DNA of 64,000 nt, from NCBI GenBank assembly GCA_951406725.2, contig OX597840.1:12648001-12712000 (forward strand), in the 5' to 3' direction. Both the position numbers and the translations under genes were made by a program. The notes under the pieces are model-generated. The model searched no databases, was not told the origin of the DNA, and saw nothing but the letters and a program-made list of their open reading frames with translations. Below, piece by piece: positions 39,727 through 54,696 of this stretch; positions within the stretch are counted from its first letter, which is position 1; each line of letters starts with the position of its first letter. Origin of the DNA: Octopus vulgaris (lineage: Eukaryota).

Positions 39727-40821
39727 GTTAATATTTAAATAAATAATCAAAAATATTTATACGATATTTTTTTAAGAAATAAATAAAATAATAATTTTTC
39801 TTATAACAAATCTATTATCAAACTAGAAACTTTAACGATTATAATTATGTCAGACAATCGATTATAATGTTAAATATTAATTTTTAAGTATTAATTTTTA
39901 AGGTAAGAAACCCACAAATAATCTAATCTCAGTTATAGTCAATATCTAATTACATAAATATTTTACAAAAAAAATTACTATTCGTATTATTAAATATAAT
40001 TTCAAGTCAAATAATTATATAATATTTGAATAATAACTAAATTATCAATGAAAACATATAAATGTATAAAATATAAGAATTAAGATCTAAAATTATCTCT
40101 ATCAATAAATATATATGCACGTATAATAAAGACCTAATAAATTAATTGATTTTGATTTTGATTTTTCCAGTTTCAGCTAATGAGATGTGGCCATGCTGGG
40201 GCACCGCCATTTATTCATTATTACTTATAAAAATATTAAAAGATTAAAGATGAAATAGCTAATTGTAAACAAATAAACAAACAATCTTAAAAGAACGCTA
40301 TAACTAATTAACGATCCATATATATGGTTGGCTAACTGATAACTTTCAAAAATCGTATAGTTAAGAAACTAAAATGAAATAAAATACTAATGAAATAATG
40401 AATCCGTGGTTATATCGTATCAAATAAATACTACGAATATATTTATCAATGGAAAAAGTATTACTACCAATTATCAATTTAAAAAAAAACAATATATAAG
40501 TTATAATAACAATTATAAAAAATTTTAAATAACTATCAGCAAATATAGTTATTTAAGACTAAAATGTAGGCTATCAATACATGTATATACATGAAACCTA
40601 ACTTTAAAAATACTCGTATAACTGTTAACGATCTATATATCTCTTTGGCTAAGTAAAGTCTTACGAATAAACGTAAAGTTGAAATCTTATAATTATATAG
40701 AAAAACTACGATAACTAGATCATTATATAACCATCATTATTTATATAAAATACATTATACAATAAGACTTGCTAAAATATTAAAATTTTATTAAAAATTT
40801 GCTAGAAGAAGAAATAATGTT

Positions 40822-41081
40822 TCATTCAACATCCTTAAACAACCCTTATTCAGGGACCTTTTGAGCATGATGGGCTACTCAACCCGAAAAAAATTCTAAC
40901 TGGGCCCCAACTGCAAGGTCATGTGCTGTTTATCTTGATATGGTATCACCATGTCGTGCACATATGGTTGTGATGAATGTGCTTGGTGTACCCTTATCAG
41001 ACGGGTAGTCATGATGGGTATACTGGGCTTCGTATATTTTACCCCAGTGTCACTTTGATGGCATGAACTGCTCTCTCACTC
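40822..41081 (+). mobile_element. Retroposon 'X' 3' part at a duplication breakpoint
   Basis: Joined to the end of the 35771-40821 block through a shared TGTT and ends in (AAT)n. Confidence 0.75.
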
Positions 41082-41099
41082 AATAATAATAATAATATT

Positions 41100-42037
41100 A
41101 ACAGCTCAGAAAATCTACTAAAAACAGTTAATAAAGAACACATGATGAATCCTTTAATAGGAGAGAAGGACAAAGAAAGCATGTCAGGCAGATGGAAGAG
41201 AAACATCTGAACGGCCAATTTTGAAGACGCACTGAAGACGTATGTGGAACAACATCCTGAGTTTGGTTAAAAAGGAGGCAATGACAAAGTGAAGCAGAGA
41301 GCCTAATTGGAGTAGCCCAAAATTAAATGATAGAAACAAAAAACAACTTGAGAAAAAAATATATATGGAGGGAATATGTCAGAAGCATGTAGAGCCTGTA
41401 GAACTTGGAATGAGACAGTGGCATACATTGTGACAGAATGCTCGAAGTTGGCACAGGAAGAATATAAGAAACGGAGGCATGACCAGGTTGTAAAAGTTAT
41501 ACACTGGAAACTGTGCCAGAAATGGGGATTTGAAGGTGGAAATACAGAGTACAGTCATTGAGCCAAAAGAGTACTTGAATTGGAGAAATGTACGATTTTG
41601 TGGGACATTCCTATTCAAACAGACAAGAAGTTAGAAAACAACAGACCAGATAAAGAAAAGCAAAGCTGCTTACTTATTGAACCATCATTCCCATTTGATT
41701 CCAGGTTTGTAAAAAAGAGGAATTAAAAAAATATACAATCCCTTCAAATTTTAAATAGGAAGAACTTGGAGCATGAAAACAGTAAAGTTGTGCCCGTAAT
41801 AATTAGTACTTTGAGAACAAGAAGCAAAGATATAGACAAATGGCTGAAGGAGGTTGGAATAGGATACCCGGCAGAGCTCCTACAGAAAGTTTGTGTCTTA
41901 GGGACAGCAAGGATTATCAGGAGGGTTCTAAACACTTGAAAGACTGTTGAAAACTTGTGGATATCTAAGGTTACAGGTAGTAATCTGCTATCCACATAAT
42001 TCCTACCAGGAATAAGACTGAACTTGAACCAAACCAA
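41100..42037 (+). mobile_element. Decayed R4/Dong-clade LINE 3' portion ending at (AAT)n
   Basis: CRACRTWNETVAYIVTECSKLAQEEYKKRRHDQV and ILWDIPIQTD...NRPD motifs. Confidence 0.8.
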
Positions 42038-42092
<55 letters not shown>

Positions 42093-42101
42093 GTAATAAT
42101 A

Positions 42102-42132
<31 letters not shown>

Positions 42133-42140
42133 TGATAATA

Positions 42141-42855
42141 AACAGTGGACCACCTAATCACTGGATGTAAAGTCTTAGCACCAGTGGAGTATAAATTAAG
42201 ACATGACAGAGTTGGCCAATATCTCCACTGGCTAATAAGTCGGCATTACAATATCAAAACTGCCGACAAGTGGTATAATCACCACCCTGAGGCTGTAACT
42301 GAAGGAGAAAATGTAACCATTCTGTGGGACTTTCCTGTACATACAGACCGAACCATCAAGGCCAATAAACCAGATATTGTTGTGAAAGACCAAAACAATA
42401 AAGTTTGCTTATTGATCGACATGAGCATCCCCTGTGATCATAATATCTCAGCGAAAGAGTTTGACAAGCTCAGAAAATATAAAGACCTACTCATTGAAAT
42501 TGAGAAAATGTGGCATCTCAAGGCGGTTACAATACCAGTGATCGTAGGAGCACTAGGAATGATCAAGAAGGGAACCGAAAATTATATGAGAATGATCCCT
42601 GGCTTACCATCCCTGCAAGAAGTGCAAAAGATTGTCTTAACTGGTACATCACACGTATTGAGAAGAGCATTGTCGATGTGAGAACTGTTGCTGCTCATGT
42701 ATTTTAATTTAACTTAAAAAAAAAAAAAAAAATGAACGAACTACTGAGTTTGGTTTAATGGCCTACCAATATACACTATGAGTTTCTTTGCCCTAGGAGT
42801 CGGGAAGACACTCGGCAAGAAATGGAAGAAAATTTGAAAGAAGAAAAAAAAAAGT
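42141..42855 (+). mobile_element. Younger 5'-truncated R4/Dong-clade LINE inserted in (AAT)n
   Basis: Uninterrupted 178-aa frame with HLITGC, RHD, ILWDF, KPDIVV, LIDMSIP, K..KY and VIVGALG (restriction-like endonuclease). AAT repeats on both sides. Confidence 0.88.
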
Positions 42856-43336
42856 AATAATAATAATAATAATGATAATAATGGTGGCACAAGATCAAAG
42901 CTTGCTTACCAAAAACTACCAGGCTAATGTTCTTCAAAATGGTTCTGACCCCAAATGCAAATTCTGTAATAAATTTGATGAAACAATAGACAGTCTTGTC
43001 TCGGGAAGTTAAGAAATTTTGATAAGCCTATAATATCATATAATTGATCCTATATATTTCTGTTAAACGTTTGAAATTTGCTTTCATTATTTCTTGAGTA
43101 ATTGAAACCCTGTCGATCGTATAATTATTATCGCAAATATTGATCTGCATCAGTTAAAATGTGACTTGGTTACTAACCTGTATGTTCTGAGTTCAAATTA
43201 CACCAAAGTGAATTACATATTTCATATTTCTGTGTTCAATAAAAATAAAATACCAACTAAGTGTGGATTGATTTAATCTAGTTCATTCTCTTCAGAAGTT
43301 TAGTCTTGGGTCAATGTTAGCAATCAGTATTATTTT

Positions 43337-43385
43337 AATAACAATAATAATAATAATAATAATAATAGTAATAATAATAATAATA

Positions 43386-43457
<72 letters not shown>

Positions 43458-43532
43458 GTAATAATAATAATAATAGTAATAATAATAATAATAATATTAA
43501 TAATAATAATAATAGTAATAATAATAATAATA

Positions 43533-43588
<56 letters not shown>
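43337..43588 (+). repeat. (AAT)n microsatellite, representative of many (AAT)n, (TA)n, (TG)n and (GATA)n tracts
   Basis: Read directly. These tracts explain the poly-I/N/Y/L and YIYI ORFs. Confidence 0.98.
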
Positions 43589-43589
<1 letters not shown>

Positions 43590-44815
43590 GTGGCACAAGA
43601 TTAAAGCTTGCTTACCAAAAACTACCAGGCTAATGTTCTTCAAAACGATTCTGACCCCAAATGCAAATTCTGCCATAAATTTGATGAAACAATAGCCCGT
43701 CTTATCTCGGGAGATTATGAAATTTTGATAAGCCTATAAAATCATATAATTGATCCTATATAAATATACATAAAATATACAATTTATGCAAGTTCTGAGC
43801 AGAACAACATCACATGACAACCAAATATTGAGAGGATCGTTTTGAATAACACCAAAAACTACAAAGCCACCTGTGATAGCAAGAAACTTAGATGGAGTAG
43901 CCATGGGTTCCCCCTTAGGACTGGTGTTTGCAGCATTCTACCAATACACTTGAGAGAACAGAATAATAGCAAAACATAACACACAGTGTATTTAGATGAT
44001 ATACAAGCTAAGTACATGATATGCTAATGATAATGGGTACATTAAATGACATTCAGAAATTAAAAGAAAGGTTAGAAACCAACTCAGTATTAAAATCTAA
44101 CTTTCAGAATTTTAGGTTCGTTGGAAAACATAGAAATTGAAATGAGAAGATACGTGACAGCTGCAAACACAAGAATCTAACAAATACACATAACTACATG
44201 GAAAGAGTGAATGTCCAGACAAACTATGTCAGCGGTAATATCAATATTTTTAAGTACATTTAGGTTCTTATCCACAAATAAGGCAAGAGAGAAAGAAATC
44301 CGCAATGTTTATTCCAAGAGAGTTGTAGACAGAGGTAGAGAAGAAGAATAACAAATACATCGAAGAATACATCCAATGAATATACACTTTCACCCTCCAC
44401 AAAAAATCCCAAATTTTATTTAATTTGCTTTGCGGGAAGGATTGTTTCAACGAATTCACGTCCTGTTCTTGCCTTCGAATGTGGAGTAGTTGAAACAGGG
44501 ACAACTAAAGAAGGGGAATATTCTTTATGTTGTATGTCTCGTTTGTCTGTTTGTTTTTTTCGTTGTTCAAAAAAAGTTCGTTTCTATGTTTTTGTTTTTA
44601 TGTTTTCGTTTCTCATTGTCTTCAACGTATTTTTGATGTCCTGTACCCATATATGCATGTATATATACATATATATGTAGGTACGTACATATATGTATGT
44701 ATATATGCATATATTTATATAGTATTAACATTATTATATGATCGAATGCCACGCATCCTTTTCCAAGTTATATATATATATATATGTACGTATGTATATA
44801 TATATTTATATATAC

Positions 44816-44855
<40 letters not shown>

Positions 44856-44883
44856 ACGTATGTATATATATATTTATATATAC

Positions 44884-44939
<56 letters not shown>

Positions 44940-44966
44940 ACGTGTACGTATGTATGTATATATATT

Positions 44967-45014
<48 letters not shown>

Positions 45015-46069
45015 TGTGTACATATGTATATATATATATTTATATATGTGTGTGTTTGTGTGTGTGTGTGTGTGTGTATCAGATGTGCTTTTAGTTTGTC
45101 TGGAGCTACAGTAGATGGTATTTGTCCAAAGCGTTGTGCAGTGGTATTGAACCCAAAACCACACGATTGGGAAACAACCTTCTAAATTAAATAGCCATGC
45201 CAGCACTAATATATGAGTTATTCATCCAGAATCAGTCGTTAGCAATTTGTGATAAGATTTATTTTATATTTTTAACTTCCTGGGTCTGAGATTAGAAGCA
45301 ATTCCCATGGCCATTGCATACCTTTCTCAATTGCTGTGTTTCAAATCTAATGGCAAAATGTTATCTGAAATTTCATCCGCCAGATTGAAATTTCATCCGC
45401 CAGATTGAAATTTCATCCGCCAGATTGAAATTTCATCCAACCAAAATAGTTTAACTTTCTTCCTCAAACATTTTAAATTTCATTAAACACCAACAGTCAA
45501 ATCCAACACAATTCCACGTTCCATAAACAACAATATTAAGAAAACAGACATTTATATTTCTATATTTTAGCCAAGATTCATGCTATGTATGTTCCTCTTG
45601 AAGTCACAATGTTTTAGGAAAAGATAGGACCAGGAAGAGAATTCCAGAGAATCAAAACTCTTACAAGGAAGAATTTTTTGCTTTAAAACTTTTATACGAT
45701 ATCACATGAACAAAGGTATGGTTCACCACATTTCTGAAATAACATTGAATATAATTAATTAAATGTATGTACGCAGTTTCTTTATAGAAATCTTCCTGGT
45801 TGTGTAAAGAAGAAAAGATATTGGTCAGAAAATAGAACATGAAATCCAATACAAACTAATACTTGTCTTTTCTACATTTTACTATTAGTGTGAAATTTCA
45901 TTCAATTGATACAGTTTAACTTTCTTCCTTGTACATTTTTACTTGCATTAAACACCAACAGCTAAATCCAACACAAGTTCACGTTCCATCAACAACAATA
46001 TTTACAAAACCAACTTTTACATTCACATACTTTAGTCAGGAACGTTTTGTCTAACTCAGAAATATAAAC

Positions 46070-46192
46070 ATGGCTGTTAAAGTTCCTTGTGTTGTCATTG
46101 ACAATGGATCGTATATATGTAAAATTGGCCTTGGACGTGATGTTGAACCGAGCATTTTCATTCTTTCACGTAGCGGTTATTGCAATGATCAG
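46070..46192 (+). CDS. Divergent actin-like gene A2, coding exon 1 (41 codons)
   Basis: ATG at 46070 reads MAVKVPCVVIDNGSYICKIGLGRDVEPSIFILSRSGYCNDQ, then CAG|GTATGT donor. Confidence 0.92.
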
Positions 46193-46206
46193 GTATGTTG
46201 ACTATA

Positions 46207-46573
46207 ATCTTTTACTCTTTTACTCTTTTACTTGTTTCAGTCATTTGACTGCGGCCATGCTGGAGCACCACCTTTAGTACTTATTCTATCGGTCTCTTTT
46301 TGCTGAACCGCTAAGTGACGGGGACGGAAACACACCAGCATCGGTTGTCAAACAATGCTTGGGGGACAAACACAGACACACACACACATATACACATATA
46401 TACATATATACGACAGGCTTCTTTCAGTTTCCGTCTACCAAATCCACTCACAAGGCATTGGTCGGTACGGGGCTATAGCAGAAGACACTTGCCCAAGATG
46501 CTACGCAGTGGGACTGAACTCGCAACCGTGTGGTTGGTTAGCAAGCTACTTACCACACAGCCACTCCTGCGCC
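46207..46573 (-). mobile_element. SINE family 1 inserted 14 nt into intron 1 of A2
   Basis: Absent from the A1 and B introns, with a (C)TATA direct repeat at its ends. Confidence 0.88.
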
Positions 46574-47439
46574 TATATTTATATAAGTAATTGCAAATAC
46601 ACACGATCATAATGATCCTTGTTTTTTAATGTCCACTTTTCCATGTTTGCATGGGCCAGGTAGAATTCTTCATGAGGGATATTCTATGCTGATACCTTTT
46701 ATATCAGGCTATCCTTCGCCTTTTTCCAAATATCATACAGCTGATGAACATGAAGACCATTATAACTTGTAAAACTCAATCACGAAGATACCTCTCCCAG
46801 TTGTAACTGCCAAGACTCTGAAGCCTATCCATTTGACCAGGCATATAAGATAACCTCCGTCATATACATGGCAGAAGTTTGAGATAAGCTCCAAGACAAA
46901 TCCATTGAAAAAAGAATTACATTGGTTTATGTGAAGGAGAATCCAAGAGACGTTATGCAAACCACCTATTTTCTTTCTGGCACATCAATTAATGTAATGC
47001 AACTAAGTTGGCTAGCCATTATGCAATTTGAAGAGAAGCTCCACAGCACATACAATTAAGTGGAGAATTGTGGAGAAATCCAAGCCATACATTAATGGAC
47101 ATAAGAAATGCAACTTCTCCATAGCAGAAAAGTCTCGTATGCTTTTTAGATCGAGATCAGCCTAATTCCAGATCTGAAATTTTTAGTAGGTGTAGAAACA
47201 CGGACAGGTTTCTTTTATTGAATTTAAGGGCACCACCAGCTCCATATTGAGTTGCTGTCTCACAGACTTTGACATACTTTCTGTTATTTTGTTCTAAACC
47301 AGTTGTATTTAATGAGCTTTCTGAAATTGGGGAGGACGAAGATTTTAGTTTTCTTGACTTTGTTTCTTTTTTGTCTCATTTTTTTTACATCACCTTTCTT
47401 CTTGTGTTTCCTTATTTTCTCACTGTCCAGCGTCCTTGA

Positions 47440-47493
<54 letters not shown>

Positions 47494-48290
47494 GCATAAA
47501 GAGAATTTGGAAGATTGCTTTAAGATACATTGTGCCTTTTATAAATATACCTGTTCATTTATCGTAAAAGCATAGAAGTATCAGTAGCTCTTTCAATAGA
47601 TACATACATGCATACATACATATTATATATATATATATATATACTGTTAAAAGTCAGATTGAATCTTGCTTGATTGAATAAGCCAAACTAGCGCATAATG
47701 GGAAAATACTATGAATTAAATTTACCCTGAAATGTTAATACGAACGCAATGAAACAATTTTCATGTAAACCGACCAAATGGCTTTTGAGATATTAGAGGT
47801 TTTGGGGATATAAATACCGAAATCGTTGCATAATGGGAAAATGTTCCGAAAATAATCTTCATCGTGAAATGGAAGAAACTCTTATCTATCTGTTAGACAC
47901 TGTGACGACAAAATACAATTTTTTTTTACAATAAATATTTCTATTTTGACTTTTGTTAAACGTAATATCTTAATCCTTTAATAGTATTTCTAACTGAATG
48001 TGATTTCAAAAATGTAAGCATTTGTACTGTTTTAGCTTTCTTTAAACAGAAAATATTTTAATGATTTTTAAAATTATTTTCCGAAATTATAAAATTTTTT
48101 TTGGCTTATAAAAAAGATATTCACAACTGCTTGTGGTGTTTCTCCCTCAGTATAAAAGTGTCTCGTCAGGTGATGTTATAAGAGGTATATCTTTAAATAA
48201 ACTCTGTTTTGCTCAGTTTTAATACAGCATGTTGTTGGTGACCATGTTGGAATAGCTAGGAATAGCTAGGGACTCATTCCATTGCAATGT

Positions 48291-51200
48291 TCATCGTCAT
48301 CATCATCATCATCATCCTTTAGCGTCCGCTTTCCATGCTAGCATGGGTTGGACGGTTCAACTGGGGTCTGGGAAGCCAGAAGGCTGCACCAGGCCCAGTC
48401 TGATCTGGCAGTGTTTCTACGGCTGGATGCCCTTCGTAACACCAACCACTCCGTGAGTGTAGTGGGTGCTTTTTACATGCCACCCGCACAGGAGCCAGAC
48501 GGAGCTGGCAAACGGCCATGGTCGGATGGTGCTTTTTACGTGCCACCTGCACGGGGGCCAGGCGAGGCTGGCAACGGCCACGATCGGATGGTGCTTTTTA
48601 CGTGCCACCGGCACAGAGGCCCGTCGGTGCGGCGCTGGCAACGGCCACGTTCTAATGGTTCGCTTACGTGCCACCGGCACTGGTATCACAGCTGCATTTC
48701 CATTGATGTTGATCGATTTAGATTTTGATGTTTTGATTTCCACTTGCCTCAACAGGTCTTCACAAGTAGAGTTTTGTGTCCCAAGAAGGACAGGTATGCA
48801 TAAGTGGACTGGCTACATCCCAGGTAGAGGCCATGGGTTATGGTCTCACTTGTCCTGCCGGGTCTTCTCACGCAAGCATACTTCCATAGGTCTTGGTCTC
48901 TAGTCATTTCATCGGTGAGACCTAAATTTCGGAGGTCGTGCTTCACCACCTCATCCCAGGTTTTCCTGGGTCTACCTCTTCCACAGGTTCCCTCAACCGC
49001 TAGGCTGTGGGACTTTTCACACAACTATCTTCAGCCATTCTCGTCACATGACCATACCAGCGCAAACGTCTCTCTTGCACACAACAACTGATGCTTCTTA
49101 GGTTCAACTTTTCTCTCAAGGTACTTACACTCTGTCGAGTATGAACACTGACATTACACATCCATCGGAGCATACTGACTTCATTTCTTGCGAGCTTACG
49201 CATATCCTCAGCAGTCACAGCCCATGTTTCACTACCATGTAGCATGGCTGTTCGTACACATGCATCATACAGTCTGCCTTTTACTCTGAGCGAGAGGCCT
49301 TTTGTCACCAGCAGGGTTAAGAGCTCTCTGAACTTTGCCCAGGCTATTCTTACTCTAGCAGTTACACTTTCAGCACACCCTCCCCCGCTACTGACTTGAT
49401 CACCTAGGTAACGGAAGCTATCAACTATTTCTAGTTTTTCTCTCTGGAATGTGGTGGAAGTTGGTCTCTGCACATTTTCAGTGTTTATTGCTCCTGAGCA
49501 TCTTCCACATACAAAAACTATTTTCCTAGTTAGCCTTCCTTTGACATTGCTGCACCTCTTATGTGTCCATAGCTTACACTTGGTGCATCTTATAGAGTTT
49601 CTACCTACGCCTTTTCTACAGATCGAGCAGGGCCATCTACCTGAAGGCGTTTGTGATTTGTCTACCTTCCTACTTATTAGAACTTTGGTTTTAGCTAGGT
49701 TGACACAAAGGCCCTTCGATTCCAATCCTTGCTTCCATACCTGAAACTTCTCTTCCAGTTCTGATAGTGATTCAGCAATTAGAGCAAGGTCATCAGCATA
49801 GAGGAGCTCCCAGGGGCATCCTGTCTTGAATTCCTCAGTTATTGCTTGGAGGACAATGATAAATAGGAGGGGACTGAGGACTGAACCTTGGTGGACCCCT
49901 ACCTCTACCAGGAATTCTTCACTGTACTCGTTGCCAACCCTCACCTTACTAGCAGCGTCCCTGTACATGGGTCGCACAGCTCTCACTAACCATTCATCTA
50001 TCCCTAGTTTCCTCATTGACCACCAGATAAGGGATCGGGGGACCCTGTCGAAGGCTTTCTCCATGTCAACAAAAGCCAGGTACAGGGGCTTATCTTTGGC
50101 TAGATATTTCTCCTGCAGCTGTCTTACCAGGAATATAACATCGGTACTACTTTTCCCTGGCACGAACCCAAACTGCGTCTCATCTAAACTAACTTTCTCT
50201 CTCTCTCTCTCTAATTAGTTGGGCTATGACCCTCTCCGTAACCTTCATTACCTGATCCAGCAGCTTGATACCCCTGTAGTTATTTGTATCTAGGGCGTCA
50301 CCTTTACCTTTGTAGCAGTTGACAATTATGCTGCTACACCAGTCATTGGGAATGATTCCTTCGTGTATCACCTGGTTAACTATACGGGTGACTAGGCTAT
50401 AGCCGACACAACCAGATATTTTGAGCATCTCTGCAGTGTTTCCTGATGGGCTTGGGGCTTTCCTTGTCTTCATGCTTCTAATTGCCTTAACTACCAAGGA
50501 ACTGTCAAATCGGATAGCTGGTCCCTCTGTTGGGTCGACATTCGGCAGACTCTCTTTATCCCATTCATTTTCCTCATTCAGCAACCTTTCATAGTGGCGT
50601 CTTCAAACCTCTCTCTTTGCATCCTCATTTAGCGCAAGTGAACCATCATCCATGCGAACACACTTCTCTCCTACCACATCACGATTCTCTCTCACACACT
50701 GTCTTGCAACACGAATTACCTCAAGTCTTTCATCCTCACGGCGCAGAACATTGGCAAATTTTTTCTTATCTGCTTCCCCTCTGGCTAAATACACCTGCCT
50801 CCTAGCTTCCCTTCTGGCAGTCTGATACACTTCCCTGCTACCACCGTTCTTCCAGTCCTTCCAAGCCTGTTCCTTTGTCTAAGCCCTGTCAACAATATTG
50901 TTCCACCACCACGTTATTTTGGGTCTTGAAGGGACTTTGCACCAACCGCAGATCATGTCAGTGGCTCTCAGCAGGTTGTTCCTTAGAAACGTCCAGTTGT
51001 CTTCTACCCCATGTGAAGCTATACCCCCTTCTATTTCGTCAAAGGCTTCAAGTAATATGTCTCTAAATCTCTGTCCATTTGCAAAATCTTTAATCTTCCA
51101 GACCCTTCTTCTCCATGTTGGTCGTCTTCTGGTCGTCCTCTTAGTCCTGCTCCTAAAGTCACTAACTACCAGTCTGTGTTGTGGGGTACATTCTTCGCCT

Positions 51201-51355
51201 GGGAAGGTTTTGGCATTTATTAGCAGCCATCTTTCCCTTTTTCTGGCAAGGATGTAGTCGATTTGGCTAGTATGTCGGCCCGATCGGTAGGTGACCAAGT
51301 GGCTTGTAGGTTTCCTGAAGTTAGTGTTGCAAACCATAAGACTATTCGCATCGCA
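48291..51355 (-). mobile_element. RTE-like LINE in intron 1 of A2 (paralog of 5988-9038)
   Basis: ORF 49000..50163 has VGVHQGSVLSPLLF and LLYADDLAL. QIDYIL endonuclease motif present. Same 5' truncation point as the A1 copy. Confidence 0.93.
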
Positions 51356-52667
51356 TATATAAGGATAATCATATTAAAAGGAGTATGAAGCTGTGGAAAC
51401 ATTTATGACAGAATTCACTGAGTACCATAACGAATGGGGCTCCAATTCTTGGCTGAAATTGAGGTCTACAAACATGATTCACTCGTGATTTACATGCGAT
51501 CGGGAAATAGGGCTGAAGTTGACTGTCATAAATTTCTTGGTTTAAAATTAATTTAAAACGATTATTAAACTATTAAAAATACAAAATATCAAATATATTA
51601 CTATTAATAATTGTTAGTAAAACCTTTAGAAGTGATTTGAACACATATCAATGCTGTCGAAGTTTTTCCTTTGTGATTTAATTTATTATATAAAACAAAT
51701 TCTGATACAAAAACAGATCGGTGTTGACCTAAGAAAGAAGTTAAACAAGCTCACATGTTTGGTGATGGATACATGAAGATTTCTGAACGATTTTCTGTCA
51801 AAATACTGACTATTCAGTTGATTATTAAGAAATATCGAACCTTGAGTTGTGTGAAATTTGTCGAATAGAAGAAAATGAAAGGTATCAGACGAACTCATTC
51901 AAAGATTGGTGAGATGAATAGAGTGTGAACCGAGGACAACTGTAAAAGAGATCAGCCATCAGGTTGGGCAGTTGGGCGTAAATGTTACATCATCATCTGC
52001 ATTGTATACATTTGGGCACCGTGGGTGCTGAATGAGAACCTCATCCCTACCCAGGCCCACCACGTTAAGGCTCGGCTAAACTATGCAAAAAACTGAGGAT
52101 GACTAGTTTTTATCAAAGACCAGATGAAAAAAGAGGATTACGTCAAAATATCAGACGAAAGTCTTTTAGTGTCAACAGAAGAGTTGATGCTAGGTTACAA
52201 CTGGATCTTTCAAGAAGATAATGATCCAAAGCATATATACTGAAACTAACGACTGCCTGGATCGGTGAAAATGGCTTCAACATTTGGTAATGGCCATCAT
52301 AATTGTTGGACCTGAATCCAACTGCAAAAATTGGTGCCATTCCAAAGCTCAGATTTGGTAAAGAGGTCTAAAATATGAGGAATTGCAAAAAAAAAAATGA
52401 TAAATAAATTTGTTTCTAGTTACACAAAAAAATTGAATATAATTATTTATAATAAATAATTTTATGGAATTTATTAATTTTGCTTGTTAGCCATTGTAAA
52501 AACATGTTAATGACTAAACGAAATTGTGTATATTATAAAATAAAAAATAATATACAAAAGATATTACAAACCGACTAGTGATAAGAATATATTTTTTTTA
52601 AATCAACGTTATTCTACACTATATGAATACTTATAAACACCACCGTCTCTCTGTTTCGGTCTCCCCC

Positions 52668-52764
<97 letters not shown>

Positions 52765-53035
52765 AGGCGCAATGGCCCATTGGTTAGGGCAGCGGAATCG
52801 CAGTCTTAGGATCGCGGACCCGATTCCCAGACCGGGCGTTGTGAGTGTTTATTGAGCGAAAACACCGAAAAGCTGCACGTGACTCCGGCAGAGGGTGGTG
52901 ATCCCTGCTATACTTTCTCCCACTCTTTCTTCGGTTGGCCTGCTCGCTTAGCTAGCGAGGTGGGGTCATTCGAAGGCTAAAACAATGCGAACGCATAGTG
53001 ACCAGCGATGTGTAACTATATGTATATATGTATAT

Positions 53036-53147
<112 letters not shown>

Positions 53148-54696
53148 GTAGCTATAGGTATGTATAGATAGATACCTTACTGTTCCATTAAGCGAAGCTC
53201 AACAAAAAGAGTACTCCATTCAATGAATGATAAGTATCATTAAATGTACAAAGAACAAAAGATTCAAAGAATGAAGCCAAAGAGAGGTGTGCTGCCGTAA
53301 AGAAATACATAGTTAGCTAACCTGAGGAAAGTGTAGGAAAAGGAAAGAGAATGTGGGAGACATCAGGATAGAGATGGTGGTAAAGTGCTGGGCATATTCT
53401 CAAGGGCTGGGGATCAGAATATAAATGGGATGGTTGAGTAAAGGAAGAGAGATATCGATGGTGGCAAGTGCCAGGGAATACCCTTGAGGTTCAAATACCA
53501 TAATGTAAGTGGCAGGACATTGCGAAGGAAGCACAATTAGAGAGCGCGGAGTGGGCGGAGTGAGTGGTGAAAACCTGGGTATATATATATTAGTCGGTGG
53601 GTGCTACCAGATAGCAATGATACAGATAAACAGGGCCGTGTGAATAGGATCGGGGAGTGAAAGGTAGGCATAGAGTATGAAGGAAGAAATGTGTGGAAGA
53701 TGCAGAGATGTAGATTGGTTTCTTGGGGTTGGATGAGTGAAAAGATTTCTTGTTACATGTAGGTGAAACACGTGTCAGGGGGACTAGCAAATTGCATTGA
53801 TACAGTGGGACAGGTGATGTGGGTGGAACACACAGGTCGGGGCCTAGCGGAAAGCTACGACACAGTGGGACAGGATTGGGGAGTGGGAGGTAAGCGTAGT
53901 GCATGAAGTGGAAATGAAGAGAAGAAATGTAGAGATGTAGTTTAGTATGTTGTAGTAGGGTGTGTGAGATGTTTACTTGTTAAGTGTGCGTGGGACACAC
54001 AGCGCTTCTAGAACTCAGTTTGCTGACGTGGGTGGGTCTTCTCAAGAAGCTCATATCATCAGACATCTCAGTCCATTGTCATTTCCTCCATGAGGTCCAA
54101 CGTCCTGAGATCGGTCCTTACCCCCTTCATCCCACGTCTTTCCGGGTCTCCCTCTTCTGCAGATACCATCCACTTTCAGTGATCACCACTTCTTTATGCA
54201 GCTGGCCTCATTCATACACATCACATCTCCAAACCAACGGAGTCTTCTCTCTTGCATGCTACATTTGATTCCTCTTATGCCCAACTTTTCTCTTTGCACT
54301 TTGTCGTACATGTGCACTGATGTTGCACATCCAACAGAGCATACTATCTTCATTTCTTTCCAGTCTATGCACATCTTCTGCACTGAGAGCCCATGTCTCA
54401 CTTCCAAGGAGTATAGGCCATTCACACACAAGCATCATACAGTCTACTTTTCACTCTGAGGGAGACTCCTTTTATTGCTGTTAAATACTCCTAATAACTA
54501 TTTTGTGATGGAATGTTCTGAATAGAGTTTCAATAAGGAAAACACTTTTCATCCTTACTTCAAACTTTAACAGAAAGATATCAAAGGATTAATCATGGGA
54601 TATTATAGTATTTAATATGGGATATTGTAGGATTAGTTATCAGAATTCCAGAATTCATGTAATTCTTTCTATAATTCCTGTATTTTTGTATTTCAG

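Larger units (their letters stand above)
35771..40821 (+). repeat. Internal duplicated block (matches 11688-15983) carrying exon 2 and 3' flank of gene B
   Basis: Starts TGTAGGTGAAACACGTATGTC and ends GAAATAATGTT in both places. Near-identical except for ~750 bp extra before the B acceptor. Confidence 0.9.

Noticed and set aside
49000-50163. Functional or domesticated reverse transcriptase gene
   Set aside because: It is part of a 5'-truncated, frameshifted LINE, and the paralogous copy is broken at other positions.
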